Positions 26,014 through 35,790 of a stretch of 64,000 nucleotides of DNA are shown here, piece by piece. A model generated the notes under the pieces. It had not been told where the DNA came from, did no database searches, and worked only from the letters and a program-made list of their open reading frames with translations. The stretch is from assembly GCA_018819405.1 (NCBI GenBank), contig JAHJQF010000001.1, positions 290,097 through 354,096 on the forward strand, in the 5' to 3' direction. Numbering within the stretch: position 1 is the first letter of the stretch; each line of letters opens with the position of its first letter. Source of the DNA: Patescibacteria group bacterium. Lineage in GTDB: Bacteria > Patescibacteriota > Patescibacteriia > UBA1558 > GWA2-36-10. The position numbers were made by a program, and so were the translations under genes.

Positions 26014-27258
26014 TTATAATTCCTTGATTTCTCGGACAGCATTTTTTACAGAGTTGGCTACTTCTTTCATATCAATTATTACCGGAGAGGCGTGGCGTAA
26101 ATGGTCTACTATTTTTGGCAACTGACTCATCAAATATTTGAGGTCTTCTAGCTTGGTATATTTACCTAGAGTAAAACGCATAGAACCGTGGGCGGCTTCA
26201 TAGGGACAGCCTAGCGCGGTAATGACATGGCTGGGATCCAAGGTAGTAGAAGTACAAGCTGAGCCAGTTGAAGCTTGTATACCGACTTCATCAAGATAGA
26301 GGAGCATAGCTTCGCCTTCTATATCCATAATAGAAATATTGATGTTGTTTGGCAGTCTTTTGCTGGGATGTCCATTCAATCTAGTTTTTGGTATTTTGGT
26401 CAGTATTTCTTTGATCAACCAATCTCGTAGTTTTGTCAGACGGGCATTTTCTTTTTTCTTTTCCTGATGAGCTAGCACGACGGCTTTAGCAAAACCAACA
26501 ATACCGGGGACATTTTCAGTGCCACTTCTTAGGTTTTTTTCTTGTCCACCACCATCAACCAGGGCTTTTAGTTTGGTACCATTTCTGATATACAATGCCC
26601 CGACTCCTTTGGGACCGTATATTTTGCTGGCGTTTATAGTCAGAAGATCCAAATGCATTTTTTGGACATCGATATCTATTGCTCCTGTTGCCTGACAGGC
26701 ATCAGAGTGAAAATATATTTGCGGTAGGTCTTTAGCTACTCTTTCTTTGTTAATTTTGCTAATTAACGCCCCGATTTCTTGAATGGGCTCAATAGTGCCG
26801 ACTTCGTTGTTGGCCATCATGATAGATATTATGACTGTATTGTCTTTGATGGCTTTTTTGACGTCGTCTAGTCTGACTAGACCAAATTCATCAACTGGCA
26901 AAATAGACACTTCATGCCCAAATGAGCGATTGAGCTTTTCAGCAGAGTGGAGTACGGCGTGGTGCTCAATAGCGGAAGTGATAATATGACCTTTTTCAAT
27001 ATTGGTCAGCACACCTTTGAGTGCCAAATTGATACTTTCTGTACCGCCGCCAGTAAAAATTATTTCATCAGCCTGACAATTTATGATTTTGCTGATATTG
27101 TAGCGGGCTTCATTGATGGCCAATTTATTTTTGAGGCCCAATTTGTAGAGACTAGAGGGGTTACCAAAATTTTTGGTAAAATACGGTTCCATAGCCGAAA
27201 AAACTCGCGGGTCAACCGGAGTGGTTGAGGCGTAGTCTAAATATACATTTCTTTTCAT
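26014..27258 (-). CDS. cysteine desulfurase (NifS/IscS family)
   Basis: PLP lysine region SASKIYGPKG. Active-site loop SGSACTS. Confidence 0.85.
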   Translation of the reverse strand: MKRNVYLDYASTTPVDPRVFSAMEPYFTKNFGNPSSLYKLGLKNKLAINEARYNISKIINCQADEIIFTGGGTESINLALKGVLTNIEKGHIITSAIEHHAVLHSAEKLNRSFGHEVSILPVDEFGLVRLDDVKKAIKDNTVIISIMMANNEVGTIEPIQEIGALISKINKERVAKDLPQIYFHSDACQATGAIDIDVQKMHLDLLTINASKIYGPKGVGALYIRNGTKLKALVDGGGQEKNLRSGTENVPGIVGFAKAVVLAHQEKKKENARLTKLRDWLIKEILTKIPKTRLNGHPSKRLPNNINISIMDIEGEAMLLYLDEVGIQASTGSACTSTTLDPSHVITALGCPYEAAHGSMRFTLGKYTKLEDLKYLMSQLPKIVDHLRHASPVIIDMKEVANSVKNAVREIKEL

Positions 27259-27261
27259 AGA

Positions 27262-27480
27262 CTATTTCTTAGGAGGATAAAGCTGATTACCATCATCATC
27301 ATAGATAATAATGGCATTTACCGGGCAGCTTTGGGCAGCCTGCATAATAGTCTTTTCGTCATCTCCTTTTGGGTTTTTGACAATGGCAATGCCCTCGTCA
27401 TCAAGCTCAAAGGTACCAGGAGCCACATCAATGCAAGTGGCCACGCTAGTACAAGCTTCTCTGTCTACTTCTATTTTCAT
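27262..27480 (-). CDS. ferredoxin, single [4Fe-4S] cluster
   Basis: CTSVATCIDVAP...CPVNAI motifs. 72 aa. Stop is adjacent to the NifS start. Confidence 0.6.
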   Translation of the reverse strand: MKIEVDREACTSVATCIDVAPGTFELDDEGIAIVKNPKGDDEKTIMQAAQSCPVNAIIIYDDDGNQLYPPKK

Positions 27481-27770
27481 ATATATAAGTGATTAATTTA
27501 TTATATTTTAGATACTTATTATAACATACAAGATATAGATAAAAAAGTAAATAAATTGGTATTGAAAGTTGACAAAAGCGTTTTTTTGTGCTATCCTTAA
27601 GACATGTAAGTTGAAATTGGCGTTGATCCGCAAAGGCGGTCAGCCAATTTTTTTGTTTTATAGCTAAAGATAAAGGTTATAAAGCTCCAATAAGTCCCCA
27701 AACTTACATTTTTAAAAAAGCTTCCACAAAATTTAATTTTTAATTAGTAAAGTGGTGGGAAAGGATGGTT

Positions 27771-27914
27771 ATGCTTAACAATAATGTCGAATCATTCAAA
27801 CTGGTTATAAAACCAGGCGACAAAGAATTGCGTTCAAGTGACTATTGGGCAGTATTTGTTCTTTGCGCAGTAGGCGCATTTGTTCTACTTGTGGTCGTAG
27901 GCAAAGCTGTTTAA
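27771..27914 (+). CDS. small membrane protein (47 aa), not in ORF track
   Basis: RBS GGGAAAGGATGG before the ATG. C-terminal TM helix. Structured leader upstream. Confidence 0.3.
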   Translation: MLNNNVESFKLVIKPGDKELRSSDYWAVFVLCAVGAFVLLVVVGKAV

Positions 27915-28290
27915 TTATTAATAATCATTTTTATGAAAAAGATAAAATCTTTTAGGCTCTCGCCGTGGCGATGCAATCCTACAGTCGAGAGTCATGAGAA
28001 CTGGGCAACTCTTTGTCTATTTCTCTTAGGGCTTGTCTATTTGACCTATTCATTTAGTGTTTGATCTCTATCAAACAAAAGTTAGCTCAAAAAATATCTC
28101 TCGACTCTTGGAGTTTACTCAGGGCTCGAGATAAAACAAAAATAAAAACAAAAAAATGCATCAAACCTATTATGTATTGCTCGTGTTTTCATGGGCACCG
28201 CTTACCTTGTACTGCTAGCCAAGTAGTATAAGAATCTCTGGCTTTTGTTCAGAGATAGAAAAACAAAAATAAAAAGTAAAAATTGAGTTA

Positions 28291-28467
28291 TGTCATTTTG
28301 GAAAAACTTATTTGGTTCTTCGGGCAATAATAAGAATTTGCCAATGCAAGAACCTGAGCATGAGATAATGCAGGCGCCACCTGATGATCTAATGGTGACT
28401 GATGATAAACAATCAGATCAAAATATAACAAAAGAAGACTCATTAAATAATAAAGATTCTCCCTGAG
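28291..28467 (+). CDS. small acidic protein (58 aa), not in ORF track
   Basis: ORF followed by an intrinsic terminator at 28509-28537. Confidence 0.3.
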
Positions 28468-28636
28468 AGAAATAAAAAATATACTTTTTTGTAGTGAGTG
28501 TATTTTACCCAGCCGGACTCTTTCGGCTGGTTTTTTATTTTAAGCTAAAAAATGTTATAATAAAAGTAAAGTTTTTTAATACTAAAAAATGGGGTGTATC
28601 AAAATAAAAAGTAAAATTATTCTATAAGGTTATATT

Positions 28637-30409
28637 ATGTTAAAAAAACAAAAGAAAATTATTACTAGGGTGAAAACAAAAAATAAGCTTAGTTGGAAAA
28701 TTTGTGGTGAGGCTGGATTTGGCATCAAGTCAGCCGGTATGATGCTGGGCAAAGTTATGATGAGGGCAGGTTATGAATTATTTGATTATACAGAGTATCC
28801 TTCACTTATTCGTGGTGGACACAATGTTTTTCAGTTAATGGCTGATACTAGACCAGTCAACAGTGTGACCAAACAGGCAGATATTTTGGTAGCCCTAAAC
28901 CAAAATACAATCAGCAAGAATTTTGCTGATTTATATCACGGCGGGATTTTGATATATGATCAGGAAAAAGTAAAAATATCTCCTGCTAAGTTGCAAAAAA
29001 ATAATATTCACGGCTTGCCCATGCCACTGACCAGTATGGCCAAGTCAGCGGGCAGTGATTTGATGAGGAATGTGGTTTCTATCGGAGCAAGTCTTTATTT
29101 GATAGGACAAAATCTTACTATTGCCAATGCTGTAGTCAGACAAAATTTTGCCAACAAGGGCAAAAAAATAATTGATGGTAATCTCAAGGCTTTAAAAGAC
29201 GGCTATGATTTTGCGGCCAAAAATTTTAAAGGAGATTTGATCTGTCATTTACCAAAACTGGAAAGTAAAAACAATATTTTAATCTCAGCCAATGAGTCTT
29301 TAGCTTTGGGAGCACTAGCTGGGGGGCTCAATTTTTATGTGGCCTATCCTATGACTCCGTCTTCTTCAATTCTTCATTATCTAGCCGAAGTAGCGGAAAA
29401 AACTGGTATTGTAGTCAAGCACGCTGAAGATGAAATAGCCGTAGCCAATATGGCACTGGGAGCATCACATGTCGGAGCTAGAGCAATGGTCGGCACTTCA
29501 GGCGGGGGATTTTCTTTAATGACCGAGACACTGGGCTTGGTTTCTTTGACCGAAACGCCGCTAGTGATGATAGATGTCCAGAGATCAGGGCCAGCTACTG
29601 GGCTGCCTACTTGGACAGAGCAAGGTGATTTGCAATTTATGCTCCACGCTGCTCAAGGGGATTTTCCTAGGATTATTTTGGCACCAGGTGATGCTCAGGA
29701 GGCTTATGATTTGGCTCATCAGGCTCTCAATCTAGCTGATATTTATCAGTTGCCAGTAATTATTTTGTCAGACAAATTTATTGCCGAAGGAAATACCACT
29801 GTGCCTGCCTTTGATACAAAAAATGTCAAAGTAGACAGAGGAAAATTGTTGACTCAAGCTCAACTAAATAAAATAAAAAAATATTTGCGCTATATGGTGA
29901 CCAAAGACGGTATTTCGCCACGTGCTTTGCCGGGTATGAAAGGTGGTCTTTATATTGCCAACAGCGATGAGCACAATCCGTATGGTTTTTCTTGGGAAGA
30001 GGCTGATAATCGTATTGAGCAAGTCAATAAGCGCCAGAGAAAACTAGATACCTTTCAAAGTATTATGCCACAGCCTTTGGTCTACGGCAATCCTAAGGCC
30101 AAAAAGACAGTGGTTATTTGGGGTTCTACCAAGGGTGTGGTGCTTGATTCTTATGTATCATTGCCGGACAAGATAAAATCCAAAATAAAAATAATGCAGT
30201 ATCAATATCTATGGCCTTTGGCTGATAAATTCAGCAAGCATATTTTGGGCAGGTCAAAAGATATTTTACTTATTGAAAATAATAGTAATGGTCAATTAGG
30301 AAATTTGATTGCTCAAGAGACTGGTATAAAAATAAAAAATAGACTACTCAAATATGACGGCCGACCTTTTTTCAGAGAGGAAATAATTAGTGCTTTAAAG
30401 AAATTTTAA
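28637..30409 (+). CDS. 2-oxoacid:ferredoxin oxidoreductase, fused gamma/alpha subunit
   Basis: N-terminal gamma-like domain and alpha core domains. Followed by the TPP-binding beta subunit. Confidence 0.75.
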   Translation: MLKKQKKIITRVKTKNKLSWKICGEAGFGIKSAGMMLGKVMMRAGYELFDYTEYPSLIRGGHNVFQLMADTRPVNSVTKQADILVALNQNTISKNFADLYHGGILIYDQEKVKISPAKLQKNNIHGLPMPLTSMAKSAGSDLMRNVVSIGASLYLIGQNLTIANAVVRQNFANKGKKIIDGNLKALKDGYDFAAKNFKGDLICHLPKLESKNNILISANESLALGALAGGLNFYVAYPMTPSSSILHYLAEVAEKTGIVVKHAEDEIAVANMALGASHVGARAMVGTSGGGFSLMTETLGLVSLTETPLVMIDVQRSGPATGLPTWTEQGDLQFMLHAAQGDFPRIILAPGDAQEAYDLAHQALNLADIYQLPVIILSDKFIAEGNTTVPAFDTKNVKVDRGKLLTQAQLNKIKKYLRYMVTKDGISPRALPGMKGGLYIANSDEHNPYGFSWEEADNRIEQVNKRQRKLDTFQSIMPQPLVYGNPKAKKTVVIWGSTKGVVLDSYVSLPDKIKSKIKIMQYQYLWPLADKFSKHILGRSKDILLIENNSNGQLGNLIAQETGIKIKNRLLKYDGRPFFREEIISALKKF

Positions 30410-30505
30410 TATTTTTATTTACCATTTTTGCGTACGCGGTAATTATATAGTTTAATTTGAAAAAGTAATTTAGATTCCGGATCGAGTCCGGAATGACAAA
30501 AACAT

Positions 30506-31363
30506 ATGAAACAAAAAGATTGGGATACAAGCTACAAAAATACTTGGTGCCCTGGTTGTGGAAATTTTGGCATTATTATTGCTCTTAAAAATGCTTTAAT
30601 AGAATTGGGTCTAAAGCCGGAAAATGTGCTTTTGGTGGCTGGTATAGGCTGTAGTGGTAATGGGGTAAATTTTTTGAAAGCTTATGGCTGGCATTCTTTA
30701 CACGGCCGGGCGCTGCCTACGGCAGTTGGTGCTAAATTGGCCAACAAAGATTTGACAGTAATTGTCATGGCCGGAGACGGTGATGGTTATGGCGAGGGTA
30801 TGGGTCATTTTATTCATGCTGTCAGGGGTAATGCCAATATTACTTATATTACTCATGACAACAAGCTCTATAGTCTGACAACAGGCCAAGCTGCTCCAAC
30901 AACTGACAAAGGCACTAAGACAAAATCCACTCCGGAAGGATTGATAGAGGTCTCAGCCAATCCAATAAGCTTGGCTTTGTCAGCTGGCGGTACATTTGTG
31001 TCTCGTGGTTTTGCCGGCAATGCTGATCATCTTAAAGAACTTTTGAAGCAAGCTATCAATCATCCAGGATTTTCTTTGGTGGATGTTTATCAGCCTTGTG
31101 TGACTTTCAATAAAATCAACACATTTAAATTTTATTTTGATAGGCTTTACAATCTGGATGAAAACAAAGAATATAATCCAGCTAATATTGAAATGGCTTT
31201 CAAAGAATCATTGATCTGGGGAGACAAAATTCCTTATGGTTTGTTTTACAAATCAAGTCGTCCCAGCTATGACAATTTTTTGCCTCAGTTAAATGGCAAA
31301 GCTTTGGTCAAGCGCCCAATGGGAGTTAGAAATATTAGTAGTTTGGTAAAATCTTTTGCTTAG
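30506..31363 (+). CDS. 2-oxoacid:ferredoxin oxidoreductase beta subunit (TPP-binding)
   Basis: TPP-binding motif AGDGDGYGEG and conserved N-terminal CxxC. Confidence 0.8.
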   Translation: MKQKDWDTSYKNTWCPGCGNFGIIIALKNALIELGLKPENVLLVAGIGCSGNGVNFLKAYGWHSLHGRALPTAVGAKLANKDLTVIVMAGDGDGYGEGMGHFIHAVRGNANITYITHDNKLYSLTTGQAAPTTDKGTKTKSTPEGLIEVSANPISLALSAGGTFVSRGFAGNADHLKELLKQAINHPGFSLVDVYQPCVTFNKINTFKFYFDRLYNLDENKEYNPANIEMAFKESLIWGDKIPYGLFYKSSRPSYDNFLPQLNGKALVKRPMGVRNISSLVKSFA

Positions 31364-31368
31364 TTGTA

Positions 31369-32168
31369 TGAAAAAAATCTCTTCCCAAGGAATTAGTATG
31401 ATACAACTGATAATTACAGTAGCAGTTATTTTGATAATAGGTGCATCAGTTTTTGTCTGGATTGATCCAACTGCTAGGATAAATGTCGCCAAAGATAAAA
31501 AAAGGCAAGAGGCGGTTATGGTTTTGTCAGCCGCTATATCAGACTACACAAAAAATAATGGCGGGGCTTTGCCAGTTTTGGGGGTAATCACTACCGGCAA
31601 AAAAGTATTGTGTACTGTCCAAGGCGGGGGCAATTTGAGCTGTGACGGCAGCAGCTTACCGTGTTTGCGTATTGCGGATCAGGATTTTTATAATGATTAT
31701 TTGCCACAGTTACCAATAGATCCTGACAAGACCGCAAATACCGATACTGGCTATTATGTAAAAAAAACCAGTGATAATAAATTGGTAGTGGGAGCTTGCA
31801 CCAATGGTGGCTCAACCGCTATTGCCAATACTTCCACTATTGATATAAATTGTAGCGCCTATGCCGGCGGACACTGTTGGATCTTGGACGATGCCTTAAA
31901 TCAAAATTGTAATACAGCTTGTGCTGATGTGGGCCTAAGGTGTGTGTCAGGCGTAAGTTATGGACCAGATGTTGACTCGGGAGGTAGCGCTTATTGTGCT
32001 TTGGCCAAGAATTTGTCAAGTGGTTGTAGTTCTAGTTGCTCCGAGGCAACTAGCGGCTATCCACCTTATACTAGTGACGACTGGGCTGATTGTTGGACTC
32101 AAGACACAGTAGTTTTGTGTAATCAAGCGCCCGGAGCCAGTCGTTTTGCAATTTGCCCTTGTCAGTAA
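31369..32168 (+). CDS. pilin-like protein (class III signal-peptide-like N-terminus, Cys-rich C-terminal domain)
   Basis: SQG|ISMIQLIITVAVILII hydrophobic N-terminus with AISDYTKNNGG pilin-like region. Gln rather than Glu at +5. Confidence 0.4.
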
Positions 32169-32254
32169 TAGATGTTTTTTAACCCGCCGCGGCCTTTGGC
32201 CGCGGCGGGTTATTTATGTTATAATAATAAAAGTTAAATTACTTATAAAAACAA

Positions 32255-35200
32255 ATGACACTTGAGAAAATACAAAATCATTTAGCTCTACTTTTTTTTA
32301 GTATTTTGGTAGTTTTGCAAGCTTTGGTTTTTGTGGCCGTCAGAGCCAATGATAACAGTCAAGATTTGCAGGCAGTATTTGTCAATCCATCTATTGGTCA
32401 GTCTCTGGAAGCTGGCGAGGCTTTTTATATCCAAGCTCAATTGAGTTCTGATAAATACCAGGACTTGGTTGGCGCTTATTTTGTTTGGTACGACTTAGCT
32501 ACTAATCAGAGATTAAATTTTGAAGCAGACAAACAAAGCGACGGCACCTGGAAAGCTCAGGCTATACTTGATGTCAGTCAGTTTGTACCGGGCACTTATT
32601 ATCTGCAAGCTGTAGTGCCTATTTTTGACAAGGGAATTTTTGTAGAAAACGAAGTATCAATACCACAGGTAGTAAATATTGTTGGTGAGCTTGCGGCTTC
32701 GCTTGAGGGTGTAAATTCAACAGATATTTTTCAGGTTGCTTTTATCTCTCCAATGGAGGGTAAATATTATCCAAATAATATCAATCTAGATATAGATGTT
32801 CAGTTGACGGGTAATGAGATGGTTTATGAAGATTTTGATATGGATGTTGCCAGGTTTACAGTTAGAAGCTTTGAGGAAGCTAATAAGGTCATTGCTACAG
32901 CCAGTGCCAATTATACGGCGGCTTCCTATACAGGTACAGGTGTATTGGATTTGTCTCCTTTGCTTGCTGGCACTTATTATTTAGCGTTGGAAGTCCAAGC
33001 AATTAGTACTAGGCAATATATAACTGTAGCCAGTATAATTTTTAATATAATTGAACCATCATTGGTAGATCAAGAAGATATATTAAATTTGCAAATTAAT
33101 GTTTTGTCTCCTCGAAATAATTCCACTGTGTCAGGCGACTTACAAATTGATGTAGTGCCAAGCTATCAACTCCAGCTACCATCGGAGCGTGTGGCTGTGA
33201 TTATAAACAACAATGCTAGAATACTATTAGAATTGGCTGCAGATGGGCACTTGAAAAAAACAATAGATACTACAGCCCAGCTTAATGGTGAGCCGGTTTA
33301 TCCAAATGGTGATTATACCCTGAGCTTTATGTATTATTTAGAAGATCAAACTGTGATTGATCCTATTGAATTGGCTACTACAACAATAATCATAAACAAT
33401 ATTAATGAGCCTGAGGAAAAAGATCCAGTATTTTTGTTTAATGCACCTCAAGACGGGCAGGTCATTAGCCAAAATTCTTTTACATTAAATGTTCAGACAA
33501 ATTTTGAGACAGAAGCGGTAAAATATGAAATCTATGATAGCCAAAATCCTTCCATTACTATCGGAGAAACAACTGTACCAAAAACAGATGGTCTTAATTG
33601 GGTAAGAGAAGTTATTTTGGATGATTATTTACCAGACGGAGAAAATTATGTTTTACATGTGGAAGCTCTTTATCAAGGCGAGACAATCGCTAGTGATCTT
33701 TCTATTGTTTTAGATAGGATAGAAGAACAGGCACCAATCCCAGCGGAAACAAATTTATATTTACACGGCATATCTACCAATTTGGAACCACAGAGTGTAT
33801 TGATAGGTAGTGGTAATATTTTAGGAGACTTATCATTTGTTTTTCATAATACAGCTACCGAAGAAGAAATCATTTCTCCGGCTCAGCTAATTAACTGTGA
33901 TCAAAGTGTAATAAATAATACTATTAGGCAGGAAATTCAAAATTTGGGTAGTACATACTGTTTTTACAAAGTTGTAGCCGGTGATTTGCAGGATGATTTG
34001 GAAAATGGCAATTATGAAATAAGTCTTAGTTATAATGGTGATACTATTATAAATAGTCAGACCAAACTAATTTCATATTTTAATTCGGAAAATCAATCGA
34101 CAGAAGAAGTAGAAGAAGAGGAAGTAATAGTAAAAATTTTTGGACCCATACCTATAGTTGAAGCTCAAAATCAACGTCTATTATTTTATGTGGCTACTAG
34201 TATTAATCCTATTGATTATGATCAAATTTTAAGTTTTTGGATAAAAGATAGTCAGGATAGAGAAGTACTTAGTGGGGCACTATCCAGATCAAACTGGGAT
34301 AATGCCGCTGTCAGGGGAATATTTTTGGGAGACAATCCAGAGACACCTTATCTTTTTGATACTTTCAGAGATACATCTGGCAATTCAATTTTGTCTCAAG
34401 ATGGTACTTATAAAGCTTATGTAGAGTTGGCTTTAAATGATAGTACTATTATCAAGAGTAATGAGCTTACTTTTGAAATAATAAATAGTTATTTAGCTGG
34501 TTATGCTCCAACAGATCAAGAAGAATTAGAAGATCAAGTAGAAGAAAATAAACAACCACAACAGATTAGATCCGGTGGTGGATCAGATGTGGCCATTGGT
34601 CTGTATACTAGTTGTTTAGAAGCGGGTATTATTGATGAAAATACTTGTCTGCGCTTTAGAGCAGTGATGGATTCTTTGGATAACAGATGTATTAATCAGG
34701 ATATTTATGAAGAAGTGGCTTGTGAGGATTATCTAAATAGGATAGAAGTGGACAAGGAATGTCAGGATCAAAGTATAATAGACAAAGAACAATGCAAAGA
34801 TTATCTTTTGGAAAAATACGGCAGTCAGGTTGATTGTCAGTTGGTAGATACTGGCCTTTGTACTGATATTTTGAGAAATAGCTATCTCAATCGTTTGGTA
34901 GTAGCTCAAAAAAGAAGTATTATGATAAATGAAGCTATTGCACCTTTGATTGGTAAAAATTTAGAAATTTTGGAAGTCAGTAATGAGCTAGAAAATAAAG
35001 GAATTAGCTTGGAAGATTTGTTGCCAATTAAAAAAGAAGATAGTTATAAAGTTTTGGTTGCACCATCAACTAAGGAAACCGTGCTAGAAGACACCAATAA
35101 ACTGACCGTTATCAATCAAGCAGTTATGATAGCAGATAGTGATGGAGATGGGTTGGTTGATGATTTAGAAGGATATTATGGAACTGATCCAAACAATAGT

Positions 35201-35788
35201 GATAGTGATGGTGACGGCTATTCGGATGGTATGGAGATAAATAATGGTTACGATCCTTTGGGTCCGGGAGCTTTAGTCAGAGAAAGGACTAATTTGGACA
35301 AGATTATTTTGTCAAAAATCAATCTGGAACAACCCAAAGAAAAATCAAAAAAGATAGACAAAAGTTTCAAAGTAGCTTCTGTTAATTCTCAAGAGAAAGA
35401 AGTGGAATTAAATGGTCAGGCTGACCCCAATACTTGGGTAAACATTTATTTGTATAGTTCTTTGCCACTAGTTATGACTACCAAAACAGACGCCAGTGGT
35501 AACTGGTCATATGATATAAAACATTCATTGGCTGAAGGACACCATAGGGTATATGTGACAGTCAATGATGACACTGGTAAAATAGTCAAACAATCTCAGC
35601 CTATTTCCTTTTTAATCAAAGAAGCTCAGGCTGTGACAGCAGATAGCTATTTTGATGAAAGTGAAGTGCCTGATAGTGTCAACAATTTACTCGTTTATTA
35701 TATTTTGGGAGCAGCATTCTTAATATTTTTTGCGCTGGGTATTATACTATTTCTTCATAGAGGCAAGAGGCCTGATCTAGAGGCATAA
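32255..35788 (+). CDS. large surface-anchored extracellular protein (1177 aa) with thrombospondin-type-3 Ca-binding repeats and C-terminal TM anchor
   Basis: Signal peptide. DSDGDGLVDD / DSDGDGYSDG repeats. C-terminal hydrophobic anchor followed by HRGKRPD. Confidence 0.6.
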   Translation: MTLEKIQNHLALLFFSILVVLQALVFVAVRANDNSQDLQAVFVNPSIGQSLEAGEAFYIQAQLSSDKYQDLVGAYFVWYDLATNQRLNFEADKQSDGTWKAQAILDVSQFVPGTYYLQAVVPIFDKGIFVENEVSIPQVVNIVGELAASLEGVNSTDIFQVAFISPMEGKYYPNNINLDIDVQLTGNEMVYEDFDMDVARFTVRSFEEANKVIATASANYTAASYTGTGVLDLSPLLAGTYYLALEVQAISTRQYITVASIIFNIIEPSLVDQEDILNLQINVLSPRNNSTVSGDLQIDVVPSYQLQLPSERVAVIINNNARILLELAADGHLKKTIDTTAQLNGEPVYPNGDYTLSFMYYLEDQTVIDPIELATTTIIINNINEPEEKDPVFLFNAPQDGQVISQNSFTLNVQTNFETEAVKYEIYDSQNPSITIGETTVPKTDGLNWVREVILDDYLPDGENYVLHVEALYQGETIASDLSIVLDRIEEQAPIPAETNLYLHGISTNLEPQSVLIGSGNILGDLSFVFHNTATEEEIISPAQLINCDQSVINNTIRQEIQNLGSTYCFYKVVAGDLQDDLENGNYEISLSYNGDTIINSQTKLISYFNSENQSTEEVEEEEVIVKIFGPIPIVEAQNQRLLFYVATSINPIDYDQILSFWIKDSQDREVLSGALSRSNWDNAAVRGIFLGDNPETPYLFDTFRDTSGNSILSQDGTYKAYVELALNDSTIIKSNELTFEIINSYLAGYAPTDQEELEDQVEENKQPQQIRSGGGSDVAIGLYTSCLEAGIIDENTCLRFRAVMDSLDNRCINQDIYEEVACEDYLNRIEVDKECQDQSIIDKEQCKDYLLEKYGSQVDCQLVDTGLCTDILRNSYLNRLVVAQKRSIMINEAIAPLIGKNLEILEVSNELENKGISLEDLLPIKKEDSYKVLVAPSTKETVLEDTNKLTVINQAVMIADSDGDGLVDDLEGYYGTDPNNSDSDGDGYSDGMEINNGYDPLGPGALVRERTNLDKIILSKINLEQPKEKSKKIDKSFKVASVNSQEKEVELNGQADPNTWVNIYLYSSLPLVMTTKTDASGNWSYDIKHSLAEGHHRVYVTVNDDTGKIVKQSQPISFLIKEAQAVTADSYFDESEVPDSVNNLLVYYILGAAFLIFFALGIILFLHRGKRPDLEA

Positions 35789-35790
35789 AA

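Noticed and set aside
27500-28640. ORF-free 1.1-kb stretch as rRNA, tmRNA, RNase P or SRP RNA
   Set aside because: No conserved cores of these RNAs are recognisable. The region is low-GC with local hairpins only. Two small ORFs (47 and 58 aa) and a possible leader or sRNA account for most of it.
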